A stretch of DNA of 64,000 nucleotides from an uncultured Aliarcobacter sp. Its GTDB lineage: Bacteria > Campylobacterota > Campylobacteria > Campylobacterales > Arcobacteraceae. Where the stretch lies: the NCBI GenBank assembly GCA_963664305.2, contig CAXXLV010000002.1:32001-96000 (forward strand), given 5' to 3'. The first letter of the stretch is position 1, and each line of letters opens with the position of its first letter. The position numbers were made by a program, and so were the translations under genes. Below, one piece after another: positions 44,738 through 54,471 of this stretch. The notes under the pieces are model-generated. The model worked only from the letters and a program-made list of their open reading frames with translations, did no database searches and was not told the origin of the DNA.

Positions 44738-44974
44738 CTATTTAACTAATATTTCAATATCAACATCTAAAATTTTTGAAATTTTATATAAATGTTCAAG
44801 ATTAAAATGCTTTTTATTTTTATATAGTTCAGCTGCAGATACTAGACTTACAGATTTATAATTCATTTCATAACTTAATTGTAATTGAGTTATACCTTTT
44901 ACTTCTCTATATTTCTTGACATTTTTACCAATTTTTATATAAAACTCTTCAATTTCATTTTTGGAAAAATTCAT
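44738..44974 (-). CDS. XRE-family HTH regulator
   Basis: IGKNVKKYRE.KGITQLQLS...NLEHLYKISKILDV. Confidence 0.85.
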   Translation of the reverse strand: MNFSKNEIEEFYIKIGKNVKKYREVKGITQLQLSYEMNYKSVSLVSAAELYKNKKHFNLEHLYKISKILDVDIEILVK

Positions 44975-45049
44975 TTAAACCTACTATAGTAATTTATTTT
45001 AAGTTTATTTGTTATAGAATTTTTCTTCAAACTACTATAGTGGGTTAAA
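44974..45049. promoter_or_regulatory. Divergent promoter region with two ACTATAGT palindromes
   Basis: TACTATAGTA at 44982-44991 and CTACTATAGTGG at 45032-45043. Confidence 0.6.
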
Positions 45050-45052
45050 AGA

Positions 45053-45667
45053 ATGGAAGAGATTTATAAAGCAGAATTTTTAGAAATACAATTAAAAATT
45101 TTAAAAGATACTATAAAAGATTTAGAAAAAATTTTATATTCCAATATACATAAAAATTCAAATACATATAAAGAACTTAAATTATATATTAATTCACTGA
45201 TTCAAGAAAAATATATTTATGAAAGAGAATTAAATTCCTCAAAAGAATTTTATTTAGAAAAATCAATTTCAACAATTAAAGTAAAGACTAAAATATTAGA
45301 TAATTTATTTAATATAAAAAAAACTTTTAAATGTCGTTCTATATCAGATACACTTGAACTACTTTTAGAGTTTTATATGGATGATAAATATTATGATCAA
45401 TTAAATGAAATTATGGAATGTGTTATTCCAAGTAAATTAGAAAGAAATTTAAATAAATCTTTTTTTTATATATGTAAATGTGAAAATATAGATTGTAAAG
45501 TAATTTACTTTATTGATGATGTAATAATTAAAAATGATACTAAATATTTAGACTTGAGAAAATTTAAATCATTTAAAAAATCAAATTTTGAAGAATATTT
45601 ATTTTCACCAAATCTTAATTTAGATGATTTGGATAATTTCTATAAAATACTTGCTGATTCATTTTGA
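45053..45667 (+). CDS. Hypothetical protein divergent from the XRE gene
   Basis: 204-aa ORF; no family recognised. Confidence 0.55.
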   Translation: MEEIYKAEFLEIQLKILKDTIKDLEKILYSNIHKNSNTYKELKLYINSLIQEKYIYERELNSSKEFYLEKSISTIKVKTKILDNLFNIKKTFKCRSISDTLELLLEFYMDDKYYDQLNEIMECVIPSKLERNLNKSFFYICKCENIDCKVIYFIDDVIIKNDTKYLDLRKFKSFKKSNFEEYLFSPNLNLDDLDNFYKILADSF

Positions 45668-46024
45668 TTTTATTTTGTTGACAATACAACATTCAATTAA
45701 AATGATTAAATATAATAAAATGAAGTGTTTTTTTATAAAAAACAAACTTTTTATTTTAATTAGATTTATAAGCTTATTTTTTTATTCCATAATCCCTTAA
45801 GGTTTGTTGAACTTTGCATTTTTTATTTTTTGAACACTTTTTGGAACATGGAAAATGCATTAATATAGTATATGTTATATATCCTAGAGGTTTTGGATAA
45901 AGCTGTTCAGAATTTTGTATCTTATTTCTTGTTGCCAGATCACAAATCTATATTTTATATATTTCAATTTAGTTCTCTTCAGCTGGTTCTACTTGAAATA
46001 ATTTTGGTATAAGTTCATTATACA

Positions 46025-46316
46025 TTATTTAAATTATTTCCTACATTTAAATTTAATGTATCATTTGCTCTTACATTTACACCTACAAAGTTTGCATCAT
46101 TTATCTCAATAATACTAATTTTCCTTTTGAAATATTTCATCAAATTTATTTTGATTATCTTTTATCAAAGTTCTAAATTCTGTATTATTTTCCAATTTAT
46201 TATAAACTTCTTGTTTTGACAAACCCATATTTTTTAGAATAATTATTTTCTCTTCTATTGTTCCATAATTATATTTGTACTTTTCTTCTTCTGACTGGAA
46301 AACTGATTTTTGTTGA
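46025..46316 (-). repeat. Near-identical duplicate of about 53884..54174 (immunity C-terminus plus start of the hemagglutinin repeat)
   Basis: Shared QQKS.FQ.EE.KYKYNYGTIEEK...FQKEN coding DNA continuing into NDANFVG. Confidence 0.85.
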
Positions 46317-46609
46317 AAAATTACTTTTGAGTTATTTGATTCATTTTTATCAACATTCTTGAAATATTTAAACTGAAATTTAAATATAAAAATTAATAAT
46401 AAAAATTGAATAATAAAAAAAATTGTAAAAAACTTTTCATTATTAAAAAATTTTCTTTCAAAAATAAAAATTATTGCAGAAAAAATTACATAGAAAAAAA
46501 CTAATACATAAATATTTATTTGATACATTTTAGCTATATATGAAAATAAAGCTATTCCTATTAAAAATATAAATATCACTAACAAATAATAAAATATTTC
46601 TTTAATCAT
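46115..46609 (-). CDS. Putative membrane immunity protein
   Basis: Three TM segments, overlaps the stop of a toxin-tip fragment; C-terminus nearly identical to 53971..54471. Confidence 0.6.
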   Translation of the reverse strand: MIKEIFYYLLVIFIFLIGIALFSYIAKMYQINIYVLVFFYVIFSAIIFIFERKFFNNEKFFTIFFIIQFLLLIFIFKFQFKYFKNVDKNESNNSKVIFQQKSVFQSEEEKYKYNYGTIEEKIIILKNMGLSKQEVYNKLENNTEFRTLIKDNQNKFDEIFQKEN

Positions 46610-47100
46610 TTGACAATACTCCTTCGATTATTTCTCTTGGCTTCTGTGTTGCAATTTGTTCAATAATAATTGGTGTTACAATTGTTCCAACTCTTTTTTT
46701 TATTTCAGAATCTATACTTGATAATTTTTCTTCAAATTTTAATCTTTTAGTATTACTAGTTAAATTTGGATTGTTAATTTGATTTAAAATTGTATTTCTC
46801 GCCGATATTCTTTCTTTTAATTCTTTTATACCATCATATTTTGTATCAGAAAAAGAACCTATTGTACTTGCAATCATTGTTTCATTTAAATTAATTTTTT
46901 CTAAATCTATCTTATTATAAATTTCACTCAAAGTTTCAGCAGGATTATTATTTTCTGTTCCTCTATCAGTTGCTTGATATTGGTTTTTTTGGGTAAAAAT
47001 ATTTCCATTTGTATTATATCAAATGCTCCACCTGCAAGCAAAGTATCTATCGCAAATCCCGAACTAGCATTTTAATAAACTCTTGAACTCTTACATCATT
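46602..47100 (-). pseudogene. Orphan toxin C-terminal fragment
   Basis: ARNTILNQ...IDSEIKK resembles the tip of 54461..57004 (ARNTVQNQ...IDNQIIDK); upstream part degraded. Confidence 0.55.
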
Positions 47101-47131
47101 ATTATCTAAATTATCTAATTATATTTCTTTT

Positions 47132-47184
47132 AGAAGGTAACTTTTAAAACAATTTAACTGCCTATTTTTTCACTTTCTTTAACA
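47132..47184 (+). repeat. 53-bp IS-end-like repeat, inverted partner of 58956..59008
   Basis: 45/53 identity by manual alignment; terminates in ACA. Confidence 0.75.
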
Positions 47185-47188
47185 TTTA

Positions 47189-47521
47189 TTACTTCCCTTC
47201 AATTTTATTGTTTTGGAAGACTTCTTTTTCTTTGTCCGTTAATGGAATAAAAAGTTTCTGATCAAATTCCTGTTTAGGCATATTTTTTAAATTTGTTGCT
47301 TCTTCATATTTATCTACTATCCAATAAAGTGTAAAAACAACAATAAATCCAAATAATAAATTCTTTATATCTTTTTTTATTATAGAGAATACATATGATT
47401 TACTTTTCGTTTTGTTATATGATTGTATCCAAGTGTATAAATAAAAACCAATAATTAAAGACCATATAATAATTAATTTAATCATTTTATTTTTCTTCTT
47501 CGATGAAAATAAAGTTTGCAC
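47189..47521 (-). CDS. Putative membrane immunity protein
   Basis: Two TM segments; located in the toxin/immunity array. Confidence 0.5.
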   Translation of the reverse strand: MQTLFSSKKKNKMIKLIIIWSLIIGFYLYTWIQSYNKTKSKSYVFSIIKKDIKNLLFGFIVVFTLYWIVDKYEEATNLKNMPKQEFDQKLFIPLTDKEKEVFQNNKIEGK

Positions 47522-47651
47522 CTTCTGTTATACCATATGTTGCACCTTGAAATTTTATATGATTCCACTGATTTTGGATATGAGCATCAATTCTAGGTTA
47601 TGGTTTATCTATTTTTGATTGAGTTTGTGCCATTTTTTTTGTAATTTTGAA

Positions 47652-47924
47652 TTACTTTTTATTAAAAATATTCTTTATATTATCAAAAACAAATTTCTTA
47701 GAAGGTGGATAATTTAAAATAAAAGCAATTACTATTAGGATACAACTTAAAATCCATTTAGCATAATCGCTAAAATATATAGATATTAAACCTGTAATTC
47801 CACCTAATAAAACTATATATACGGAATATACTAGCCCTTCCTTAAGTCCATTTTTTCGACTAAAATAAATTATTCCTATGACTATTAATATAATTCCAAT
47901 TACAATATTACTATTCATTTTCAT
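47652..47924 (-). CDS. Putative membrane immunity protein of module 4
   Basis: Three TM segments, start overlaps the stop of 47911..49020. Confidence 0.6.
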   Translation of the reverse strand: MKMNSNIVIGIILIVIGIIYFSRKNGLKEGLVYSVYIVLLGGITGLISIYFSDYAKWILSCILIVIAFILNYPPSKKFVFDNIKNIFNKK

Positions 47925-49976
47925 TTCCTACTTTTTTTTCATCTAATTCTTTCACAATAATTTTTCCTCCTGCTATCATTCCTTGTGTTACTACATTATC
48001 TATTATATTATTTGTATGTGCATCAATTCTATTATCCAACTTATTAATTTTTGTTATAGCTGTTGCTGTCTCTTTTTGTTTTTTCAAACTAACTATTGCT
48101 TTAGAAGAATTATATACACTTTTAGCAGCTCCTAAACCACTTGGTGCAACTGCACCAATAGCTGTCATCATTCCAACATCAAACCAATCAACTTCAACTT
48201 CATCGACATTTATATTTTTTGGTTGCCAACCTTTATCATTTAATTGACCAACAACTTGAGGTACTGTTTGCATTCCAAACTCTATACCTCCACCAACTGA
48301 CATACCTATTATAACTGGTATTACAAAAACTGGTAAATCATCCCCATTACTCTTATCCAAAGAAGCAAATTCGTTATTGTTATTTACCAACCAACTATTA
48401 TCTTTATTAAATATTGAAGGTTCTGTTGTAACTATTCCTGTATTATGATTATTAGTATCTGATAAGTAACTATTAAAGAGATTATTCAATATAAAACTCA
48501 TATCATTTACTGTATCTTGTGCTATTGCATTTTGATATTCATTGTGTACATCTCTATTTTGTGTTATATCTATACCATTTGCATTTTGTATTGCTCCTGC
48601 AAATTCCTGTCCAAGTGTATATATTGTATCTTTTGTTGAATCTTGATTTTTATCATTTGAATAAATTGTATCATTTTCAAGTGAGATATACCCTTTTACT
48701 TGTGTACTATTTACTCCTGTTTCATCTGTTGATATTACTTTTACACCATTTGCTAAAGAGTAACCTAATTCATTTTCTAAAGCTTTTAACATTTGGTTTG
48801 CATATATTTGTTTTTCTTCAAGTGATAAATTAGAATCTTGTAGTTTTTCAGCTAATTGAGGATTTTCCATTAAAAGTTTTTTATATGCGTTATATTGATC
48901 TACACTTTGTCCTGTTTGTTTAAAGAAATCTTGAATTCCTACATCATCCAATGTTGCTATTTTTTCAACTGTATCTATTATCTTTGAAGCTATTTTTGCA
49001 TCTTCTTTTATTTGATTCAATCCATTTACAGTTAAAATCTAGTATCTAAAGTTGCATCTACTTTTGTTCCTGTTGAGCTTGAATATAAATCTTTATTTAT
49101 ATTTTGTGTATCTGTATTTAATTTTGTTAAATCATCACTATTCTCTTTATCTTTTATAGTTATATTCCCTTGACCTAATGTTGCTAATGTTTTACTTACA
49201 TTTACATCTAATCCTGTTGATGAGTTATATCCTACTGAAGATATTCCACCTTGTTGTGGTTCTTCTTTTTGATTTACTATTTTTGTACTACTTAAATTAT
49301 AATTTAGATTTAAACCTAAACTTTGATTTGAAGAGAAAGAAGAGTTTGACAAGTTTGAAAAAGTTAAAGTATTTGTTGATAAATTTAGATTTTTATTATC
49401 TACAAAGTTTTCATTCTCATTATAATTTCCACTTGCTAACAAAGAACCTTTTAGATTAGTATTTTCACCAACATTTACATTTAGATTATTTGCAGTAACT
49501 GAACTCAACACTGTTTGTTTTGTTTGTGTTACTCCATTATTTACACTAAATCCTCCATTTACAGAACTTACTTTTCCTACATCTAAACTTGGTGTTCTAT
49601 TTGCTGCTGCTCCTGCACTTCCAAATCCTAGTCCTGCATTTACATTAAATCCTTTTGAATTTGAAGAATATTCATCTCTTAGGGATTCTATATTTAAATT
49701 ATTTCCTACATTTAAATTTAATGTATCATTTGCTCTTACATTTGCACCTACAAAGTTTGCATCATTTGAAACATTTATATTCATATTATTTGCTAATAAT
49801 TGTGAGTTGTTATTTATTATAGTATCACTTGAAGAATTACTTTTTCCATAACCCAACCCAGCGGTTCCACCACCACCTCCATACATTGTAAATGCTATAC
49901 TTCCATTTATATTTTCACTATCATTTGTATTTGAGTAATTATCTTGACTTGCTTTTACATTTAAGTTATTTGTATT
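47911..49976 (-). pseudogene. Orphan hemagglutinin-repeat toxin module 4, frameshifted
   Basis: Repeat part (49032..49976) and tip part (47911..49020) are split by a 1-nt deletion near 49038 (AGA-TTTTA versus AGA-CTTTTA in sister copies). Confidence 0.8.
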
Positions 49977-50008
49977 TTATTGATTTTAGATTCAGACTCA
50001 ATTTTTAT

Positions 50009-50452
50009 CTATTTCACTTTTAGATAATCATATTTATTTGGATTATTCAACAAATTTGGATTAATCTCTTTTGTGTAACTTTGAGGTTCTTTTTTTGGGA
50101 AACCTCCATTAATGTCTTTAATTATGAGGTATGTTAAGCCTAAAATTGATGCTATTAACATACATAATGATATTAACAATACAAATTTATTTTGTCCTTT
50201 TCCAAAGTTACATTTATTTTTCCACATTATGAACATTAATAATAATCGTCCCTCTGCAATTGATAAAAAAATTAATAATGCATATTTATATTCATTATTA
50301 AAATTAAAAATAATTATATATATAAAATAGTTTAAGATAAGGGAAGGTACTATACATAGTATGGAACCTATAAATAATTTAAAATTTTTATTAATATCTG
50401 TATAGTTCAAGATTAATCGTTCATACCACTTCCATAATTTACTTAGACTCAT
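50009..50452 (-). CDS. Putative membrane immunity protein of module 3
   Basis: Three TM segments, overlaps the stop of 50439..51860. Confidence 0.6.
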   Translation of the reverse strand: MSLSKLWKWYERLILNYTDINKNFKLFIGSILCIVPSLILNYFIYIIIFNFNNEYKYALLIFLSIAEGRLLLMFIMWKNKCNFGKGQNKFVLLISLCMLIASILGLTYLIIKDINGGFPKKEPQSYTKEINPNLLNNPNKYDYLKVK

Positions 50453-51860
50453 ATTTTATATCTCCTACTTTTATAAGATTTAAATTTAATCCACTATTCT
50501 CTATTGTCCATATCGGTCTAGGTTTTATTATATTATTTCGATTAAATATTTTTATATCTTTTATATTATTATTTTCATAAGATGGTAAATCATTTGATAT
50601 ATTTACTATTTCATCACTATTTGCACTATCTCTTTGTATCTCCAATATTTTTGCATTTGTATTAAATGTATTTATACTTTGCACTAAATTATAATAACTT
50701 AATCCTGCTCCTAATTTTTGATATATTACTTTATTAGTTGGTAATCCCAATAATGCTGGAATATAAGTATTCTGTGCGGCACTAAAAGTATCATCATGTG
50801 TTTCATTTGAAATATTCCTAACCGTATCAACTCCCCAAGCAACACCTGAAACTATTGGACTTGGTACTAATCCAGCTGTTGTTAAGGCTGCACTATTAAA
50901 TACATTTGTATTTTGTTCTCCTAAACTTGAAGGTTGATATTGTGTATCTTCATAATTATTTACATCCATCATTCGAACTAATTTTCCTGTTTGCAAATCT
51001 ACATAATAGTTATTTTTTGCATCTTCTTGTATTTGTTGTTTTATTTCATTTATTACAAACAACACTTCATCTTTTATATTTTGATTTTCTGCTTTTTTTA
51101 ATACTTCATCTAATTTTTTCTGTCCATATTCATCAATCATAGCATTTTGAGTTAATTCATACAAATAATTTATATTTTCCAAAGAAAGATTTGAACTATT
51201 TTGAGCAAGAGCTTCTTTCAAATCATTCGCATTTTGTGTAAATAATAATGCTTTTTCTTCTATTGATAATTGTCTATCATCAATTCTTCCTTCACCACTA
51301 TTTAGCTTACTTGCATCTTGAAGATACAAACTTGTATTTGCTTTTAATGTATTTAAATCTTGATTTGTTACAACAATTTTATTCAATATAGGATTACTAT
51401 TTAATTGAACATTATTATACACGTAAGAAGAAAAATCTAATCCACTTGCTGAGTAATTACCAAATATATTCGCATATTCTTCTTGTAATTGTGTTGTATC
51501 TCTTAAGTAAGTTTCTCCTTGATTTTGTCTTACATGAGCTACTTCATGTCCTAAAGTGTTTGCAGAACTTAGAGCATTTTGATTTAGGATTTTATCAAGG
51601 TAGATATTTGAATTTATATTATCTTCATTTGTATATGTTGAACCATATTTATTTAATATCGCCATTTTTACTATATCTATATTTACTCCATAAGTACTTG
51701 CATATATTTGTGCATAATCATTTATTGCTGTATCTATTTGTGTTTGTGAATAATTAAATTGATTCTCTATAATATCTACAGTTTTTCCATCATTTTTTAG
51801 AGCTAGGGCTTTTTGTACATCTAAATCTATTGAAAATGGAGCTGTAACTGCCCTTTTCAA
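50439..51860 (-). CDS. Orphan toxin module 3 (HEVAH domain plus variable tip, no hemagglutinin repeat)
   Basis: DLDVQKALAL...GHEVAH...GRIDD closely matches module 1, then diverges. Confidence 0.7.
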   Translation of the reverse strand: MKRAVTAPFSIDLDVQKALALKNDGKTVDIIENQFNYSQTQIDTAINDYAQIYASTYGVNIDIVKMAILNKYGSTYTNEDNINSNIYLDKILNQNALSSANTLGHEVAHVRQNQGETYLRDTTQLQEEYANIFGNYSASGLDFSSYVYNNVQLNSNPILNKIVVTNQDLNTLKANTSLYLQDASKLNSGEGRIDDRQLSIEEKALLFTQNANDLKEALAQNSSNLSLENINYLYELTQNAMIDEYGQKKLDEVLKKAENQNIKDEVLFVINEIKQQIQEDAKNNYYVDLQTGKLVRMMDVNNYEDTQYQPSSLGEQNTNVFNSAALTTAGLVPSPIVSGVAWGVDTVRNISNETHDDTFSAAQNTYIPALLGLPTNKVIYQKLGAGLSYYNLVQSINTFNTNAKILEIQRDSANSDEIVNISNDLPSYENNNIKDIKIFNRNNIIKPRPIWTIENSGLNLNLIKVGDIKYESK

Positions 51861-52111
51861 AAATTGTCATTTTTATTATTTCCCTTATCTTTTTTATAAC
51901 TTTTATAAATAGAAATACCTTGAACAATAGCTACTATAGAACCTCCAACAATAATTAATATCCCCATCATAATATTGGATATTTCATCTGTTCCCCATTT
52001 TGTATAAGAAGGGTCTAAAATTGTTACAATACCCATAAATATTGCAATAATAGCAGTTAAAAATGTACTATTAATTTTTGATAATAAACTATTTCTCATT
52101 ATTTTTCTCAT
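51857..52111 (-). CDS. Putative membrane immunity protein of module 2
   Basis: Two TM segments, overlaps the stop of 52089..53999. Confidence 0.6.
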   Translation of the reverse strand: MRKIMRNSLLSKINSTFLTAIIAIFMGIVTILDPSYTKWGTDEISNIMMGILIIVGGSIVAIVQGISIYKSYKKDKGNNKNDNF

Positions 52112-53999
52112 TTTCCATTAATTTATTATTCCCATATCCTAACCAGCCCCATTTAGATGTAGGTATTGTGTCAAAATTCTGCCCAGAATAAATATCATAG
52201 GAGTTGGCTATAGGTTTTGGAAGCCAACCAGTTGCTCCATATTCAACAATTGTCATTGCAGGTCTAATAGTTAAATTTCTAGCCCACTCTGGCATATTAT
52301 TATAAGCAGTTGAAATATCTTGTGATATATCATCTCTTTTTAAATAAACTGTACTTACATTATTTCCAAACTGATTAATCACTTCTCCTGATTTATTTAT
52401 TACTTTTATCATTGGTTGATTCATATTTTTATCTATTTCTCCTTCTATTTCTCTATGTATATCATTTTCATTTGTTGGTGTATTAAGATAACTTTGTATT
52501 GCTAATACAGCCGGGATTATTAAAAGAGGACTATCATCCCCACCAGACTTATCAAGTGAAGAAAATTGTACATTATTTCTATTTAGCAGATTATTACTAA
52601 TATTAAATACACTTGGTACTGATGTTACTATCCCTTGATTATGTGTATTTGTATCAGCTAAACTTCCACCAGTAATAATACTTAATGCTCCATTTGTATA
52701 AAAGGCTAAATCTTCTCCAAAGTTTGTTGCATATATATTTTGGTCTTTATCATTTGACACAAATATTTTATCTTGTTTATCCATATCATGACTTATTTCA
52801 TGTCCCAAAGATGCTATCAATTGTGTTGTCGAGTCATTATATTTATCATTTACATAACTAGTATTAGTTTTATCATCAAAGTATCCTTTTACTTGTGTAT
52901 TATTTACTCCTGTTTCATCTGTATAAATTAATTTTACATCATTTGACACATATCCTAATTCTTGCATTACTGTTAGGGCTAATTCTTTTAACATATTTTG
53001 TTTATCTGTTGGGTTTAAATCTGAGTTTTGTAATTGTTTAGCTAATTCTTCATCATTTGCTATTTTTGCTTTAACACCATTATATACATCTATATTTTTT
53101 TGAGTTTCACTAAAAAAATCAGTTAATCCTACTTTATCATTAGTTACTATTTGTTCTATTGCGTTTGTTATTGCCGTTGCTGTATTATAATCATCTTTTA
53201 TTTGATTCAATCCATTTACACTTAAAAGTCTTGTATCCAAGGTTGCATCTACTTTCGTTCCTGTTGAGCTTGAGTATAAATCTTTATTTATATTTTGTGT
53301 ATCTGTATTTAATTTTGTTAAATCATCACTATTCTCTTTATCTTTTATAGTTATATTCCCTTGACCTAATGTTGCTAATGTTTTACTTACATTTACATCT
53401 AATCCTGTTGATGAGTTATATCCTACTGAAGATATTCCACCTTGTTGTGGTTCTTCTTTTTGATTTACTATTTTTGTACTACTTAAATTATAATTTAGAT
53501 TTAAACCTAAACTTTGATTTGAAGAGAAAGAAGAGTTTGACAAGTTTGAAAAAGTTAAAGTATTTGTTGATAAATTTAGATTTTTATTATCTACAAAGTT
53601 TTCATTCTCATTATAATTTCCACTTGCTAACAAAGAACCTTTTAGATTAGTATTTTCACCAACATTTACATTTAGATTATTTGCAGTAAGAGAACTCAAC
53701 ACTGTTTGTTTTGTTTGTGTTACTCCATTATTTACACTAAATCCTCCATTTACAGAACTTACTTTTCCTACATCTAAACTTGGTGTTCTATTTGCTGCTG
53801 CTCCTGCACTTCCAAATCCTAGTCCTGCATTTACATTAGATCCTTTTGAATTTGAAGAATATTCATCTCTTAGGGATTCTATATTTAAATTATTTCCTAC
53901 ATTTAAATTTAATGTATCATTTGCTCTTACATTTGCACCTACAAAGTTTGCATCATTTATCTCAATAATACTAATTTTCCTTTTGAAATATTTCATCAA
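52089..53999 (-). CDS. Orphan hemagglutinin-repeat toxin module 2
   Basis: Repeat NDANFVG...TLDTRLL, GHEISH, GGDD, variable tip; no signal peptide or TPS domain. Confidence 0.75.
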   Translation of the reverse strand: MMKYFKRKISIIEINDANFVGANVRANDTLNLNVGNNLNIESLRDEYSSNSKGSNVNAGLGFGSAGAAANRTPSLDVGKVSSVNGGFSVNNGVTQTKQTVLSSLTANNLNVNVGENTNLKGSLLASGNYNENENFVDNKNLNLSTNTLTFSNLSNSSFSSNQSLGLNLNYNLSSTKIVNQKEEPQQGGISSVGYNSSTGLDVNVSKTLATLGQGNITIKDKENSDDLTKLNTDTQNINKDLYSSSTGTKVDATLDTRLLSVNGLNQIKDDYNTATAITNAIEQIVTNDKVGLTDFFSETQKNIDVYNGVKAKIANDEELAKQLQNSDLNPTDKQNMLKELALTVMQELGYVSNDVKLIYTDETGVNNTQVKGYFDDKTNTSYVNDKYNDSTTQLIASLGHEISHDMDKQDKIFVSNDKDQNIYATNFGEDLAFYTNGALSIITGGSLADTNTHNQGIVTSVPSVFNISNNLLNRNNVQFSSLDKSGGDDSPLLIIPAVLAIQSYLNTPTNENDIHREIEGEIDKNMNQPMIKVINKSGEVINQFGNNVSTVYLKRDDISQDISTAYNNMPEWARNLTIRPAMTIVEYGATGWLPKPIANSYDIYSGQNFDTIPTSKWGWLGYGNNKLMENEKNNEK

Positions 54000-54471
54000 A
54001 TTTATTTTGATTATCTTTTATCAAAGTTCTAAATTCTGTATTATTTTCTAACTTATTATAAACCTGTTGTTTTGACAAACCCATATTTTTTAGAATAATT
54101 ATTTTCTCTTCTATTGTTCCATAATTATATTTGTATTTTTGTTCTTCTGTTTGAAAAGCTGATTTTTGTTGAATGGTCACTTTTTCATTTATCGGTTGAC
54201 TATTCTTAGTGAATTCTGTATATAATGCATGTGATGCCACTATTAAAAACGCTCCTAAAAAAAAGTATTTATCTAAAAACTTTTGTAAAAAAATTTTTAA
54301 AATGAAAGATAAAAATATAAAAGTTAAGATATATATAAAAATTAATAAATATACATTATTTATAGCTATATTATCATAACTAATCAATGTTATTAAGGAA
54401 AAACTAAAACCTAAAAATATTGAGAATATACCCTTAAAAAAATCATTAATTTCATTCCAATTAATTTTCAT
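53971..54471 (-). CDS. Putative membrane immunity protein of module 1
   Basis: Three TM segments, overlaps the stop of 54461..57004. Confidence 0.6.
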   Translation of the reverse strand: MKINWNEINDFFKGIFSIFLGFSFSLITLISYDNIAINNVYLLIFIYILTFIFLSFILKIFLQKFLDKYFFLGAFLIVASHALYTEFTKNSQPINEKVTIQQKSAFQTEEQKYKYNYGTIEEKIIILKNMGLSKQQVYNKLENNTEFRTLIKDNQNKFDEIFQKEN

